A stretch of 64,000 bases of DNA from an uncultured Chloroflexia bacterium (GCA_963827475.1 CAWHAZ010000005.1:512001-576000); one strand, 5' to 3'. Shown: positions 20,809-30,602, numbered from the stretch's first letter. Notes: generated by a model from the sequence alone, not told the origin. A program made the numbers and translations.

Positions 20809-21234
20809 ATGTTGAGCATTCGCCGTCTGATTCACCCCACCCGCATCGTGCATGCCCACTGCGACCTGCCGTGCGGCATCTACGACCCCGACCAGGCCCG
20901 GATCGAGGCCGAATCGTGCATTCGGATCCTCGAGAAGTACGCCGACAGTGACGATCCGCACTTCAAGGCCCGCTGCGTGCACATCAAGGAGGAGCGCGCG
21001 GACCTGGTGATCGGCCACCTCGACTGCCTGTGGCACGACTACTTCAAGCCGAACCACGTCGAGAAGTTCCCGGACCTGCACGACACGTTCTGGATGGCCG
21101 CCAAGCAGGCGTCCACGGTCAAGGGCTCCCACGACGTCGAGGAGGCCAAGAAGCTGCTGGCCATGATCAACCGCATCGGCGAGATGTGGGAGGCCACCGG
21201 GGGCCCGGAGAAGACCCGGATCACGCAGCAGTGA
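20809..21234 (+). CDS. sodN: Nickel superoxide dismutase
   Basis: Ni-hook HCDLPCGIYDP after a short propeptide; LWHDYFK. Confidence 0.95.
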   Translation: MLSIRRLIHPTRIVHAHCDLPCGIYDPDQARIEAESCIRILEKYADSDDPHFKARCVHIKEERADLVIGHLDCLWHDYFKPNHVEKFPDLHDTFWMAAKQASTVKGSHDVEEAKKLLAMINRIGEMWEATGGPEKTRITQQ

Positions 21235-21689
21235 CGGCCCCGGTACCGAACCGCCCCGCCTGGCTGGTCGCCGGCGGCACGGCCGCCGCGGTGGCCGCCG
21301 CCACGGCCGTCGCGTTCGCCGGCTGGCGGGTCCTGCGCAATCTCGACGCGGTCGAAGTCAGCGGACGGTCGATGACCCCGACCCTGGAGCCGGGGGACCG
21401 GCTGCTGGTCGAGACCTGGACCTATCGCCGCCGCTCGCCACAGGTCGGCGAGGTGGTCGTCGCGCCGGACCCGCGTGAACCCACCCGCGAGCTCGTCAAG
21501 CGGGTTGCCGCGGTGGAGGACGGGCAGGTCACGCTCAGGGGCGACTCGGCGAAGAGCACGGACTCTCGTCGGTTCGGTTCGGTCCCGGTTGCCGACGTCC
21601 GCGCCCGGGCGGCGATCCGCTACTGGCCCGTGCAGCGCGCCGGGCGGATTCCGCCCTCCGACGTGGAGATGGACCCGCTCAGCGACTGA
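21231..21689 (+). CDS. sodX: Ni-SOD maturation protease (S26 family)
   Basis: VSGRSMTPTL, LVKRV, STDSRRFG; overlaps the sodN stop. Confidence 0.9.
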   Translation: MTAPVPNRPAWLVAGGTAAAVAAATAVAFAGWRVLRNLDAVEVSGRSMTPTLEPGDRLLVETWTYRRRSPQVGEVVVAPDPREPTRELVKRVAAVEDGQVTLRGDSAKSTDSRRFGSVPVADVRARAAIRYWPVQRAGRIPPSDVEMDPLSD

Positions 21690-22068
21690 GGGAGGCGACC
21701 GCCTCCGCGCACGCCGGACCGGCCGCCGGCAGGATCACCACGCTCACGCCGGCCTCGGCTCCGACCAGCCACTCCCCGCCAGGCCCGGGACGGACCGCGA
21801 TCCGCGCCCCGGGCGCACGCTCCCGGACGAAGTCGGCCACCGGCCCCAACCCGGCATCCCCGAACTCGGGTCGGATGGCGCCCGTGTCGATCACGACCAC
21901 GTTCGGCGTGCGCAGCACGACGGCCTGGTGCAGGCGGGCCGCATCGTTGAAGAAGAAGGCCAGGGCCCCGTCCAGGCGGCCGTCGATGGACTCGGCGAGC
22001 TCACGGTCGCGGGTCAGGCAGTACACGACGGGCTCGCGCGGACCTGGCGACCGGACGGGTGTGCCCAC
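21679..22068 (-). CDS. Stand-alone atypical receiver-like protein
   Basis: Beta-alpha pattern with PNVVVID; -10 box TACGCT 6 nt upstream of GTG. Confidence 0.5.
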   Translation of the reverse strand: MGTPVRSPGPREPVVYCLTRDRELAESIDGRLDGALAFFFNDAARLHQAVVLRTPNVVVIDTGAIRPEFGDAGLGPVADFVRERAPGARIAVRPGPGGEWLVGAEAGVSVVILPAAGPACAEAVASLSR

Positions 22069-22091
22069 CGGCAGAGCGTATCATCGGCCTC

Positions 22092-23072
22092 GTGGCCCGC
22101 ACCTCCGTGGCACCTCGATCGGCCTCCAAGCCCGCCCGTCGCTCGGCCCGCCTGAGCGCCCCGCGCCACCAGGCGCTCGGCAACCTGCTCGGCCGCGTCT
22201 GGGCCGTCGACCAGGTCGGGATCGAGGAGCGCGCGGCGATGCTCGCCAAGCGCTCGATCAAGCGCGAGTCGAAGCTGTGGGCCCTCGACCTGGCGATCCG
22301 GATGATGGACCTCACCACCCTGGAGGGGAAGGACACGGTGGGCAAGGTCCGGGCCCTGGCCGGCAAGGCGGTCCGCCCCGACCCGACCGATCCCACCATC
22401 CCGTCGGTCGCCGCGCTGTGCGTCTACCCGAACATGATCGCGACCGCCAAGAAAGCACTCGCCGGCTCATCGGTCAAGGTCGCCTCGGTGGCGACCTACT
22501 TCCCATCGGGCCAGACCGCGCTCGAGGTGAAGCTGGAGGACGTGCGCCTGGCGGTCGCCGCGGGCGCGGACGAGATCGACATGGTCATCGACCGTGGCGC
22601 GTACCTCGCCGGCGACTACGGGAAGGTGTACGACGAGATCGTGGCCGTGAAGCAGGCCGCTGGTCCGGCCCACCTGAAGGTCATCCTGGAGACCGGGGAG
22701 CTGGAGACGTACGACAACGTGCGGCGGGCATCGGTCCTGGCCATGGCCGCCGGAGCGGACTTCATCAAGACCTCCACCGGCAAGGTCCAGCCCGCGTCCA
22801 CCCTGCCGGTGACCCTCGTCATGCTGGAGGCCATCCGCGACTTCCACGCCCAGACCGGTCGCGCGGTCGGCATGAAGCCCGCCGGCGGGATCCGCACCTC
22901 GCGCGAGGCCATCTCCTACCTGACCGTCCTGTACGAGACGCTCGGGCCGGCCTGGATGACGCCGGACCGATTCCGATTCGGGGCCTCCACCCTGCTCAAC
23001 GACGTCCTGATGCAGATCCGCAAGGAGCGCACCGGCCGCTACAGCGGCGGCGACTACTTCACGATCGACTGA
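22092..23072 (+). CDS. deoC: Deoxyribose-phosphate aldolase
   Basis: MDLTTLEG, GADEIDMV, LKVILETGEL, DFIKTSTGK, KPAGGIRT, RFGAS. Confidence 0.95.
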   Translation: MARTSVAPRSASKPARRSARLSAPRHQALGNLLGRVWAVDQVGIEERAAMLAKRSIKRESKLWALDLAIRMMDLTTLEGKDTVGKVRALAGKAVRPDPTDPTIPSVAALCVYPNMIATAKKALAGSSVKVASVATYFPSGQTALEVKLEDVRLAVAAGADEIDMVIDRGAYLAGDYGKVYDEIVAVKQAAGPAHLKVILETGELETYDNVRRASVLAMAAGADFIKTSTGKVQPASTLPVTLVMLEAIRDFHAQTGRAVGMKPAGGIRTSREAISYLTVLYETLGPAWMTPDRFRFGASTLLNDVLMQIRKERTGRYSGGDYFTID

Positions 23073-23544
23073 GGTCGACGTCGGACTCGACGAGCCGGCG
23101 CAGCGTGCCGACGAGGTGACGGGTCGGAGAGGTCACCTCCAGTGTGGTCATCTCGACGGCGTAGGTCAGCTTGTCCGCCTTGAGCCGATAGGTCCGCCGG
23201 ATGGCGACCAGCGGTGGGCCATTCGCCGCTCGACCGACCGTTGTCGAAGCCAGCACGACCACTCCGTTGCTGATCGTTCCCTCCGAGACTTCCGCGGTCC
23301 GCGGCTGCGCAATGGTCGCCGCAAGGGTCCCGTCCGGTGTCGTGCGCCACATCCCGGCCTCGGCGTGGAGGACCTCACCGCTGCCCGGATCCCAGCCGCG
23401 CTGGATGTACAGCAGATCCCGGCTCCCGATGTCCACGAACTGGATCTCCTCGTCGTACTGGAACGTGGCCATGCTCGGGAACTCGCCAGTCCCGCTGCCG
23501 CGCCAGGTGCCGAGCAGCTGGATGAGGAGCGGTTCGACGGCCAT
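23059..23544 (-). CDS. Nitrobindin / FABP-like (DUF1794) beta-barrel protein
   Basis: LLGTWRGSG.GEFP, YDEEIQF, LHAEAGMWR; C-terminal HL..TL with the heme-ligand His. Confidence 0.8.
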   Translation of the reverse strand: MAVEPLLIQLLGTWRGSGTGEFPSMATFQYDEEIQFVDIGSRDLLYIQRGWDPGSGEVLHAEAGMWRTTPDGTLAATIAQPRTAEVSEGTISNGVVVLASTTVGRAANGPPLVAIRRTYRLKADKLTYAVEMTTLEVTSPTRHLVGTLRRLVESDVDLSRS

Positions 23545-23577
23545 GTCCGAAGCCTAGCAGCGCCGTACCCTTCCTCG

Positions 23578-24096
23578 GTGCCTCACGAATCGGGCGCGCG
23601 CGGCGTTTCACGACGTGTGAGCCTGCCGCCGTTTCAGCGCCTGGTGGACGACCATGCGACCGAGCTCCATCGGTTCCTGGTTGGCTGCATCGGCGCCGAT
23701 GCGGCGGAGGACTGCCTGCAGGAGACATTCATGGCCGCCCTTCGTGCCTACCCCCGCCTGCGTCACGGTGACAACCTCCGGGCGTGGCTGTACACCATCG
23801 CCCACCGCAAGGCGACCGATACCATCCGGCTCCGGACGCGCCGACCGACGGTGGCCCTCGACGACATGGGTCCCGCGGCCGAGCCCCGGACCGATCCGGC
23901 GGCCGTCCCGGATGACGGGCTGTGGAACGCCGTCCGCGACCTCCCGAGCAAGCAGCGCGAGGCCGTCGTCCATCGGTACGTGCTCGACCTGGACTACCGC
24001 CAGATCGCCGACCGGATGGGCACGTCCGAGGAGGCCGCTCGCCAGAACGTCAGCGCCGGCCTGCGCCGCCTCCGGGTCCAGGTGACGGACCGATGA
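23578..24096 (+). CDS. ECF sigma factor (alternative start 23617)
   Basis: LPPFQRLVDDH, AEDCLQETF, LRAWLYTIAHRK, LPSKQREAV, SEEAARQNVSAG. Confidence 0.88.
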   Translation: MPHESGARGVSRRVSLPPFQRLVDDHATELHRFLVGCIGADAAEDCLQETFMAALRAYPRLRHGDNLRAWLYTIAHRKATDTIRLRTRRPTVALDDMGPAAEPRTDPAAVPDDGLWNAVRDLPSKQREAVVHRYVLDLDYRQIADRMGTSEEAARQNVSAGLRRLRVQVTDR

Positions 24097-24109
24097 CGAG
24101 GGCGAACGC

Positions 24110-24718
24110 ATGACCGATCTCGAGCGGCGGCTCTCGAGTCCCGCGACGCCAACGGTGGATCCCGCACGGGTCACGGCCGAGCTGGCCCGGCGCGCCGACG
24201 CCGCCGGGCTGCTGGACGTCGCGTGGGCCACGCTCGACACCCCGCTGGGACCAATCGCCGTGTTCGTGACCCCGCGTGGCGTGGTGCGAGTCGCGTACGA
24301 CCGCGAGAACTTCGGGCAGGTGGCGGACGAGGTCGCCGAGCAGGTCTCCCCGCGAGTCCTGGTCGCGCCGGAGCGCACCGATGTCGTGCGCGAGCAGCTG
24401 GACGACTACTTCGAGGCGCGGCGACGAACCTTCGACCTGCCCATCGACTGGACCCTGGTCCGCGGCTTCAACCAGGGCGTGCTGCAGGCCACGGCCGAGA
24501 TCCCGTTCGGGGAGACGGCCTCCTACGGCGACGTGGCAGCCGCCGCCGGCTCCCCGCGCGCGGCGCGCGCTGCCGGCAACGCCCTGGCCGGCAACCCGAT
24601 CCCCATCGTCGTGCCCTGCCACCGCGTCATCCACGCCGGCGGCGGCATCGGCGGCTATACCGGCGGCCTGGACAACAAGCGTTTCCTCCTCCGGCTCGAA
24701 GGGGTCAGCGTCTCGTAA
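24110..24718 (+). CDS. ogt: Methylated-DNA--protein-cysteine methyltransferase
   Basis: IPFGETASYG, NPIPIVVPCHRV active site, GGYTGG. Confidence 0.93.
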   Translation: MTDLERRLSSPATPTVDPARVTAELARRADAAGLLDVAWATLDTPLGPIAVFVTPRGVVRVAYDRENFGQVADEVAEQVSPRVLVAPERTDVVREQLDDYFEARRRTFDLPIDWTLVRGFNQGVLQATAEIPFGETASYGDVAAAAGSPRAARAAGNALAGNPIPIVVPCHRVIHAGGGIGGYTGGLDNKRFLLRLEGVSVS

Positions 24719-24739
24719 TCGGTCCATAATCCGGGCCGG

Positions 24740-26275
24740 ATGGCGATCACGAAGAAGCCCGAGACGAAGCCCGCACCCGCGTCGTGGGGCATGGCTGCTC
24801 GGAAGATCCCGTGGGAGTACGCGGCAGCGCCCGAATCCACTGATCACGTCCGAATCGAGCCCGAATACGGGCTGTTCATCGACAACACGTTCAGCGCGGC
24901 AAGGCCGAAGGCCACGTTCGACGTCATCAATCCCGCCACCGAGGAGGTGTTGTCGAGGGTCGCCCGCGCCTCGAAGGCCGACGTGAACCGCGCCGTGACG
25001 GCCGCCCGCCGAGCACACGACACGGTCTGGTCACGCATGCCGGGCAGCGAGCGGGCGAAGTACCTCTACCGCATCGCCCGGATCATGCAGGAGCGCTCCC
25101 GCGAGTTCGCGGTGGTCGAGACCATGAACAGCGGCAAGCCGATCAAGGAGAGCCGCGACGTCGACGTCCCGCTCGCGGCGGCCCACTTCTTCTACTACGC
25201 CGGCTGGGCCGACAAGCTGGAGTACGCCTTCCCGAACCGCCGCCCGACCAGCCTGGGCGTGGCCGCCCAGATCATTCCGTGGAACTTCCCGCTGCTCATG
25301 CTGGCCTGGAAGATCGCGCCGGCTCTGGCCTGTGGCAACACGGTGATCCTCAAGCCAGCATCCACGACCCCGCTTACCGCCTACTTATTCGCCGATGTCG
25401 TCCGCCAGGCGGAGCTGCCGCCCGGTGTCGTGAACATCATCACCGGGCCGGGTGAGATCGGGATGGAGCTCGTCCGCCACCCGCAGGTCGACAAGGTCGC
25501 CTTCACCGGCTCCACCGCCGTCGGCAAGCTCATCGCCCGGGCGGTGGCCGGCTCCCACAAGAAGGTCACCCTCGAGCTGGGCGGCAAGGCGGCCAACGTG
25601 GTCTTCGACGATGCGCCGCTGGACCAGGCGATCGAGGGGATCATCAACGGCATCTACTTCAACCAGGGCGAGGTGTGCTGCGCCGGCTCGCGGCTGTTCG
25701 TCCAGGAATCGGTCTACGAGCCACTGCTGGACAAGCTGAAGGACCGCCTGTCCACCCTCCGCGTGGGCGACCCGCTGGACAAGAACACCGATGTCGGGGC
25801 GATCAACTCCGCCGGCCAGCTGGCCAAGATCCAGGAGCTGGTCGAATCGGGCATCGCCGAGGGCGCCGAGATCTTCCAGCCCGACTGCGAGCTGCCCACC
25901 CGCGGCTTCTTCTTCCGCCCCACCCTGTTCACGGGGGTGTCGCAGTCGCATCGGATCGCGCAGGAGGAGATCTTCGGGCCGGTCCTGTCGGTCCTCACCT
26001 TCCGCACGCCGGAGGAGGCGGTCGAGAAGGCGAACAACACGCCGTATGGCCTGTCGGCCGGGGTGTGGACCGAGAAGGGGAGCCGGATCTTCAAGATGGT
26101 CGGGGCCATGAAGGCCGGGGTCGTGTGGGCGAACACCTTCAACCGGTTCGACCCCACCTCCCCGTTCGGTGGCTACAAGGAGTCCGGTTACGGTCGCGAG
26201 GGCGGGCTCCACGGCCTGGCCGCCTACACCCGGCTGGACGGGGCGGCCTCGACCGATGGTCGTCGCCTGAGCTGA
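24740..26275 (+). CDS. Aldehyde dehydrogenase, catalytic subunit
   Basis: [44 protein letters not shown]. Confidence 0.95.
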   Translation: MAITKKPETKPAPASWGMAARKIPWEYAAAPESTDHVRIEPEYGLFIDNTFSAARPKATFDVINPATEEVLSRVARASKADVNRAVTAARRAHDTVWSRMPGSERAKYLYRIARIMQERSREFAVVETMNSGKPIKESRDVDVPLAAAHFFYYAGWADKLEYAFPNRRPTSLGVAAQIIPWNFPLLMLAWKIAPALACGNTVILKPASTTPLTAYLFADVVRQAELPPGVVNIITGPGEIGMELVRHPQVDKVAFTGSTAVGKLIARAVAGSHKKVTLELGGKAANVVFDDAPLDQAIEGIINGIYFNQGEVCCAGSRLFVQESVYEPLLDKLKDRLSTLRVGDPLDKNTDVGAINSAGQLAKIQELVESGIAEGAEIFQPDCELPTRGFFFRPTLFTGVSQSHRIAQEEIFGPVLSVLTFRTPEEAVEKANNTPYGLSAGVWTEKGSRIFKMVGAMKAGVVWANTFNRFDPTSPFGGYKESGYGREGGLHGLAAYTRLDGAASTDGRRLS

Positions 26276-27294
26276 TGGCCACCGCCCGCCGCACGAACCC
26301 ACGTCGTCGTCCGGTGGCCGCCAAGCGGCCGGCGGGCCGCGGCGCGGCCCGCGCATCGGTCCTCGATCCGCGTGCGCCGGCGCCGTTGGCGCTGCGCGAC
26401 GGAAAGGGCGAGGCCGCTGATCGGCTGGGGGTCCGGAAGACCTACAAGCTGTTCATCGGCGGCGAGTTCCCACGCACCGAGTCCGGCCGCGCGTACCTGG
26501 TCCACGCCGCGGACGGGGAGCTGCTGGCCAACGCCTGCCGCGGGACACGGAAGGACATCCGCGACGCGGTCCGGGCCGCGCGCAAGATCCAGCCGGAGTG
26601 GGCGGGCAAGTCCGCCGCCAACCGCAGCCAGGTCCTGTACCGCATCGCGGAGCTGATGGAGGGGCGGCGCGACCAGTTCGTGGCCGAGGTCCGCGCCGCC
26701 GAGGGCGTCGGCCTCCAGCGCGCGAGGCGGCTGGTGGACGCCGCCATCGACCGATGGGTGTGGTACGCCGGCTGGGCCGACAAGTTTACGCAGATCCTGG
26801 GCAACGTGAACCCGGTGGCGGGGAACTACTTCAACTTCTCGATCCCCGAGCCGACCGGCGTGGTGGGGACCATCGCGCCAGAGGATTCGTCGTTGCTCGG
26901 GCTCGTGAGCCGGCTGGCGCCGGTCATCGTGTCGGGCAACGCGGCCGTCGTGCTGGCCAGCGAGTCGCGCCCCCTGCCGGCCATCACCCTGTCCGAGGTC
27001 ATCGCCACGTCCGACGTTCCGGGCGGGGTCGTGAACGTCATCACCGGCCTGCGCCGGGAGCTCGTTCCGCACCTGGCGGGCCACATGGACGTCAACGCCC
27101 TGGATGGCTTCGGCCTGTCGCCGGTTGAGGTGCCCGCCATCGAGGAAGCGGCTACCGAGAACGTGAAGCGCTTCTCCCGCCCACCATCCGGCGGTCTTGA
27201 CCGCTACGACTGGCTCTCGGCTGCCGCCCAGTCGCCCTACCTCATCGGCGAGTTCGTCGAGATCAAGACCGTCTGGCATCCCATCGGCGTCTAG
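26275..27294 (+). CDS. Short aldehyde dehydrogenase-like protein (NAD-binding fold only)
   Basis: KTYKLFIGGEFPRTESGR, YAGWADK, PGGVVNVITG, then EIKTVWHPIG; no ELGGK and no catalytic Cys. Confidence 0.88.
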   Translation: MATARRTNPRRRPVAAKRPAGRGAARASVLDPRAPAPLALRDGKGEAADRLGVRKTYKLFIGGEFPRTESGRAYLVHAADGELLANACRGTRKDIRDAVRAARKIQPEWAGKSAANRSQVLYRIAELMEGRRDQFVAEVRAAEGVGLQRARRLVDAAIDRWVWYAGWADKFTQILGNVNPVAGNYFNFSIPEPTGVVGTIAPEDSSLLGLVSRLAPVIVSGNAAVVLASESRPLPAITLSEVIATSDVPGGVVNVITGLRRELVPHLAGHMDVNALDGFGLSPVEVPAIEEAATENVKRFSRPPSGGLDRYDWLSAAAQSPYLIGEFVEIKTVWHPIGV

Positions 27295-27398
27295 CCGATG
27301 ACCCCGATAGGCCTCCTGCGCCGCGGCGACCGCGGCGCCCGGACGGCGGCGGTCCCGGCCTGACCGGCCGAGCGACCGACCACAGCCTCGACCGCCGG

Positions 27399-28979
27399 AT
27401 GCGCATCCTCGTCGCGGAGCCCATCGCCGACGAGGGCATCGACGTCCTGCAGGCTCGTCACGACGTCGACGTCCGAACGGGCCTGTCGCCGGACGAGCTG
27501 CGGACGGCGATCGCCGACTACGACGCGCTGCTCGTCCGCAGCCAGGTCAAGGTCGACGCGCCGCTCATCGAGGCCGGGTCGCGGCTCGTCGTCATCGGTC
27601 GTGCGGGTGTCGGCGTCGACAACGTCGACCTCGACGCGGCCACGCGCGCCGGTATCACGGTGGTCAATGCCCCGACCGGCAACACGATCGCGGCCGCCGA
27701 GCACACGCTCGCGCTGCTGCTGGGCCTCGCCCGGCGAGTCGCGGCCGCGGACGCCTCCGTGCGCCGCGGCGAATGGCAGCGGGCGCGGTTCGAGGGCGTC
27801 GAGGTGCGCGGCAAGACGCTCGGCCTCATCGGGCTCGGCAAGATCGGGCTCGCCATCGCGGACCGCGCGCGCGGGCTCGAGATGACCGTCGTGGGCCACG
27901 ACCCGTACGTGACGGCCGAGCAGGCGTCACTCCATGGCGTCGAGCTCGTCGAGCTCGACGTGCTCCTGGCGCGGAGCGACGTCGTCAGCGTCCACGTACC
28001 GCTGACGCACGCGACGAAGGACTTCATCGGTCGCGCGACGATCGCCAAGATGAAACCGGGTGCGTTCGTGCTGAACGTCGCGCGCGGCGGGATCGTCGAC
28101 GAGGCCGCGCTCGCCGACGCGCTGCTCAGCGGCCATGTGGGTGGCGCGGCGATCGACGTCTTCGAAACGGAGCCGCCAAAGGATTCACCGCTGCTGTCCG
28201 CGCCGAATACGATCCTGACGCCGCACCTCGGTGCCTCGACCGCGGAGGCCCAGGTCGCCGTGGCCGTGGAGGTTGCCAGTGGCGTGCTGGACGTGCTCGA
28301 TGGTCGGCCCGCGCGTTCGGCGGTCAACGCGCCGATCCTCAGCGCCGAGGCGGCCGGCGCGATCGCGCCCTTCCTGCCCCTGGCCGAGACGCTCGGCCGG
28401 TTCTTCGCCCAGTTCGCCCGGACGGCGATGAAGACGCTGACGTTCGAAGTCGCCGGTACGCCGGCCGACAACGACCCGGCACCGCTGACCGCGGCGATGC
28501 TGCGCGGGCTCCTCCAGGCGACGACCGAGGAGCGGGTCAACCTCGTCAACGCCGGCCTCCTCGCGAAAGCCCGCGGCATCACGGTCGTCGAGCGCCGAAG
28601 GCCCGAGGCCGGCGCCTACGCCGCGCTCGTGACGGTCTCCGGCGAGGTCGGCGGTCAGCGAGTCACGGTCGGCGGCACGGTGAACGCAGGCGAGGAACGG
28701 CTCGTCCGCCTGAACGACTACCGGCTCGACATGGAGCCCTCGGCGGTCATGCTGATCACGCGCCACAACGACCGGCCGGGCATGATCGGGCGAGTCGGCC
28801 AGATCCTCGGTGACGCCGACGTGAACATCAGCGCGATGCACGTCGCGCGATCAGGGCCTCGCCAGGACGCGCTGATGATCCTCGCGCTCGACGAGGATGT
28901 GCCGGAAGCCGCGCTCGAGTCGATCCGGACGCAAGAAGCGCTCACGGACCTGTGGCTCATCCACCTCGAGGACGGCTGA
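27399..28979 (+). CDS. serA: D-3-phosphoglycerate dehydrogenase
   Basis: GRAGVGVDNVD, GLGKIG, TPHLGASTAEAQ; C-terminal ASB and ACT domains (DRPGMIG). Confidence 0.95.
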   Translation: MRILVAEPIADEGIDVLQARHDVDVRTGLSPDELRTAIADYDALLVRSQVKVDAPLIEAGSRLVVIGRAGVGVDNVDLDAATRAGITVVNAPTGNTIAAAEHTLALLLGLARRVAAADASVRRGEWQRARFEGVEVRGKTLGLIGLGKIGLAIADRARGLEMTVVGHDPYVTAEQASLHGVELVELDVLLARSDVVSVHVPLTHATKDFIGRATIAKMKPGAFVLNVARGGIVDEAALADALLSGHVGGAAIDVFETEPPKDSPLLSAPNTILTPHLGASTAEAQVAVAVEVASGVLDVLDGRPARSAVNAPILSAEAAGAIAPFLPLAETLGRFFAQFARTAMKTLTFEVAGTPADNDPAPLTAAMLRGLLQATTEERVNLVNAGLLAKARGITVVERRRPEAGAYAALVTVSGEVGGQRVTVGGTVNAGEERLVRLNDYRLDMEPSAVMLITRHNDRPGMIGRVGQILGDADVNISAMHVARSGPRQDALMILALDEDVPEAALESIRTQEALTDLWLIHLEDG

Positions 28980-29017
28980 GGGCGCGGCGGGAGACCGTCT
29001 GACCGAGGGCGACCGGA

Positions 29018-30376
29018 TCACAAACCGAGGGCGAAGCGCGCGACCTCGAAGTAGATGATCAGCCCCGTCCCGTCCACGATCGTGGTGATCAGGGGCGCGG
29101 AGACGACGGCCGGATCGATCCGCAGCCGACGGAGGACGAGGGGCAGCGCCGCGGCGACGGTGGCCGCCGAGGCGCAGATGGCGACGACGGTGACCGCGAC
29201 CACGATCCCGACCGTTGGGCCGGCGCCCAGCACGGCGGCCCACACGAACGCGGCGGCGGCCATGACCGCGCCGAGGATGAGCGCCACGCGCAGCTCCTTG
29301 AACACGATCCACGCGATGTCCCGCATCGCCACTTCGTTCAGGGCCATGGCACGCACGATCAGGGTGACCGTCTGCGAACCGATGTTGCCGCCGGTCCCGA
29401 TCAGCAGCGGGATGAAGAAGCTCAACGCCACGACCTCGGCCAGCTCCGCCTGGAAGCTCTGGAGCACCACTCCGGTGTAGGCGGCGGACATCACGGCCAG
29501 GCCCAGCAGCCACGGGGCGCGGCGGCTGACGAGCAGCGGGACGCTGGCCAGGCGGTAGGGGATGTTCAACGGCTGCGATCCACCGAGGCGCTCGATGTCC
29601 TCGGTCGCCTCCGCCTGGAGGACGTCGGCCACGTCGTCCTCGGTGATGATGCCGAGCAGGCGGTCTGCGTCGTCCACGACCGGGATGGCCAGCAGGTTGC
29701 GGTCCGTGAGCAGGCGTGCGGCGGCCTCCTGGTCGGCGCTGACCTGGACGCGCACGGTGTCCGGTGCCATCAGCTCGGTCACCGGGGTCTCCGGCGGGCT
29801 GAGCAGGAGGCGGTACGAGGACAGCACGCCGAGCAGGCGACGGTCGGGATCGAGGACGTAGACGTAGTTCGCGGTCTCGGCCTCGTCGGCGAGCTGGCGG
29901 ATGGCGGCGATCGCCTGGGCCGCGGTGGCGTCCGCGGGGACGGCCACGAAATCGGGGGTCATGAGACCGCCCGCCGTGTCCGGCTCGTAGGCCGCCAGCC
30001 GGCGAATCTCCTCCGCATCCTCCGGGCTCATCCGGATCAGGATCTCGGCGGCGGTCGTGTCGGGCAGCTCTTCGATGACGTCCGCCGCGTCGTCGGGATC
30101 CATCTCCTCGAGCAGCTCGGCTGCCTCGGGCTGGGCGAGGGTCCGGATGATCCGCGCCGCTTCCACCGGGGGCAGCTCCTCGAGGAGACCCACCACCTCC
30201 TCATCCGGCAGCCACTGGAGGAGGACGGCGACTTCCCGTGGCTCGAGCTCGGGGACGAGGTCGGCCCACTCCGGCGGACCGATGCGCTCGGCGAGGCCGC
30301 GGACGCCCTCTTCCTCGCGCTCGCGGATGAGCGCCTGCACCTCGGCGAGCAGCTCGCGGGTCTCGACGGAGCTCAT
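29018..30376 (-). CDS. mgtE: Magnesium transporter
   Basis: N-domain, CBS pair (TAGGLMT), GTGGNIGSQ, DPAVVSAPLITTIVD. Confidence 0.95.
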   Translation of the reverse strand: MSSVETRELLAEVQALIREREEEGVRGLAERIGPPEWADLVPELEPREVAVLLQWLPDEEVVGLLEELPPVEAARIIRTLAQPEAAELLEEMDPDDAADVIEELPDTTAAEILIRMSPEDAEEIRRLAAYEPDTAGGLMTPDFVAVPADATAAQAIAAIRQLADEAETANYVYVLDPDRRLLGVLSSYRLLLSPPETPVTELMAPDTVRVQVSADQEAAARLLTDRNLLAIPVVDDADRLLGIITEDDVADVLQAEATEDIERLGGSQPLNIPYRLASVPLLVSRRAPWLLGLAVMSAAYTGVVLQSFQAELAEVVALSFFIPLLIGTGGNIGSQTVTLIVRAMALNEVAMRDIAWIVFKELRVALILGAVMAAAAFVWAAVLGAGPTVGIVVAVTVVAICASAATVAAALPLVLRRLRIDPAVVSAPLITTIVDGTGLIIYFEVARFALGL

Positions 30377-30602
30377 CGGATCACCTCCTCTCCGGCGCGG
30401 GCGGCGGACATGGAACGACCACCTCGTCGCGCGAATCGTTCTGGAAGCGCGCCGGGTGGCCGTCGGTCGCCGGGGAGGCGAGGGTGGAACGCTAGGCGCT
30501 CACCTCGGCACCGGCCGGCTGCCGGCACGCGGTCTGTCGGGTACTCCAACCAGCGTCCACTGGGTCGATGGGTCCTCGAATAGGGGAACGGCCCCGATTC
30601 TA
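30377..30602 (-). promoter_or_regulatory. Long mgtE leader with candidate uORF (30560-30492) and anti-SD/SD pairing
   Basis: -10 TAGAAT at 30602-30597; 22-aa uORF ending VSA*; 10/11 inverted repeat 30387-30397 vs 30468-30478 reaching into the SD region. Confidence 0.5.

Noticed and set aside
30377-30602. M-box (ykoK) riboswitch upstream of mgtE
   Set aside because: The conserved AGGUGAGGCU...CUGCC...GACGCC core is not recognisable.
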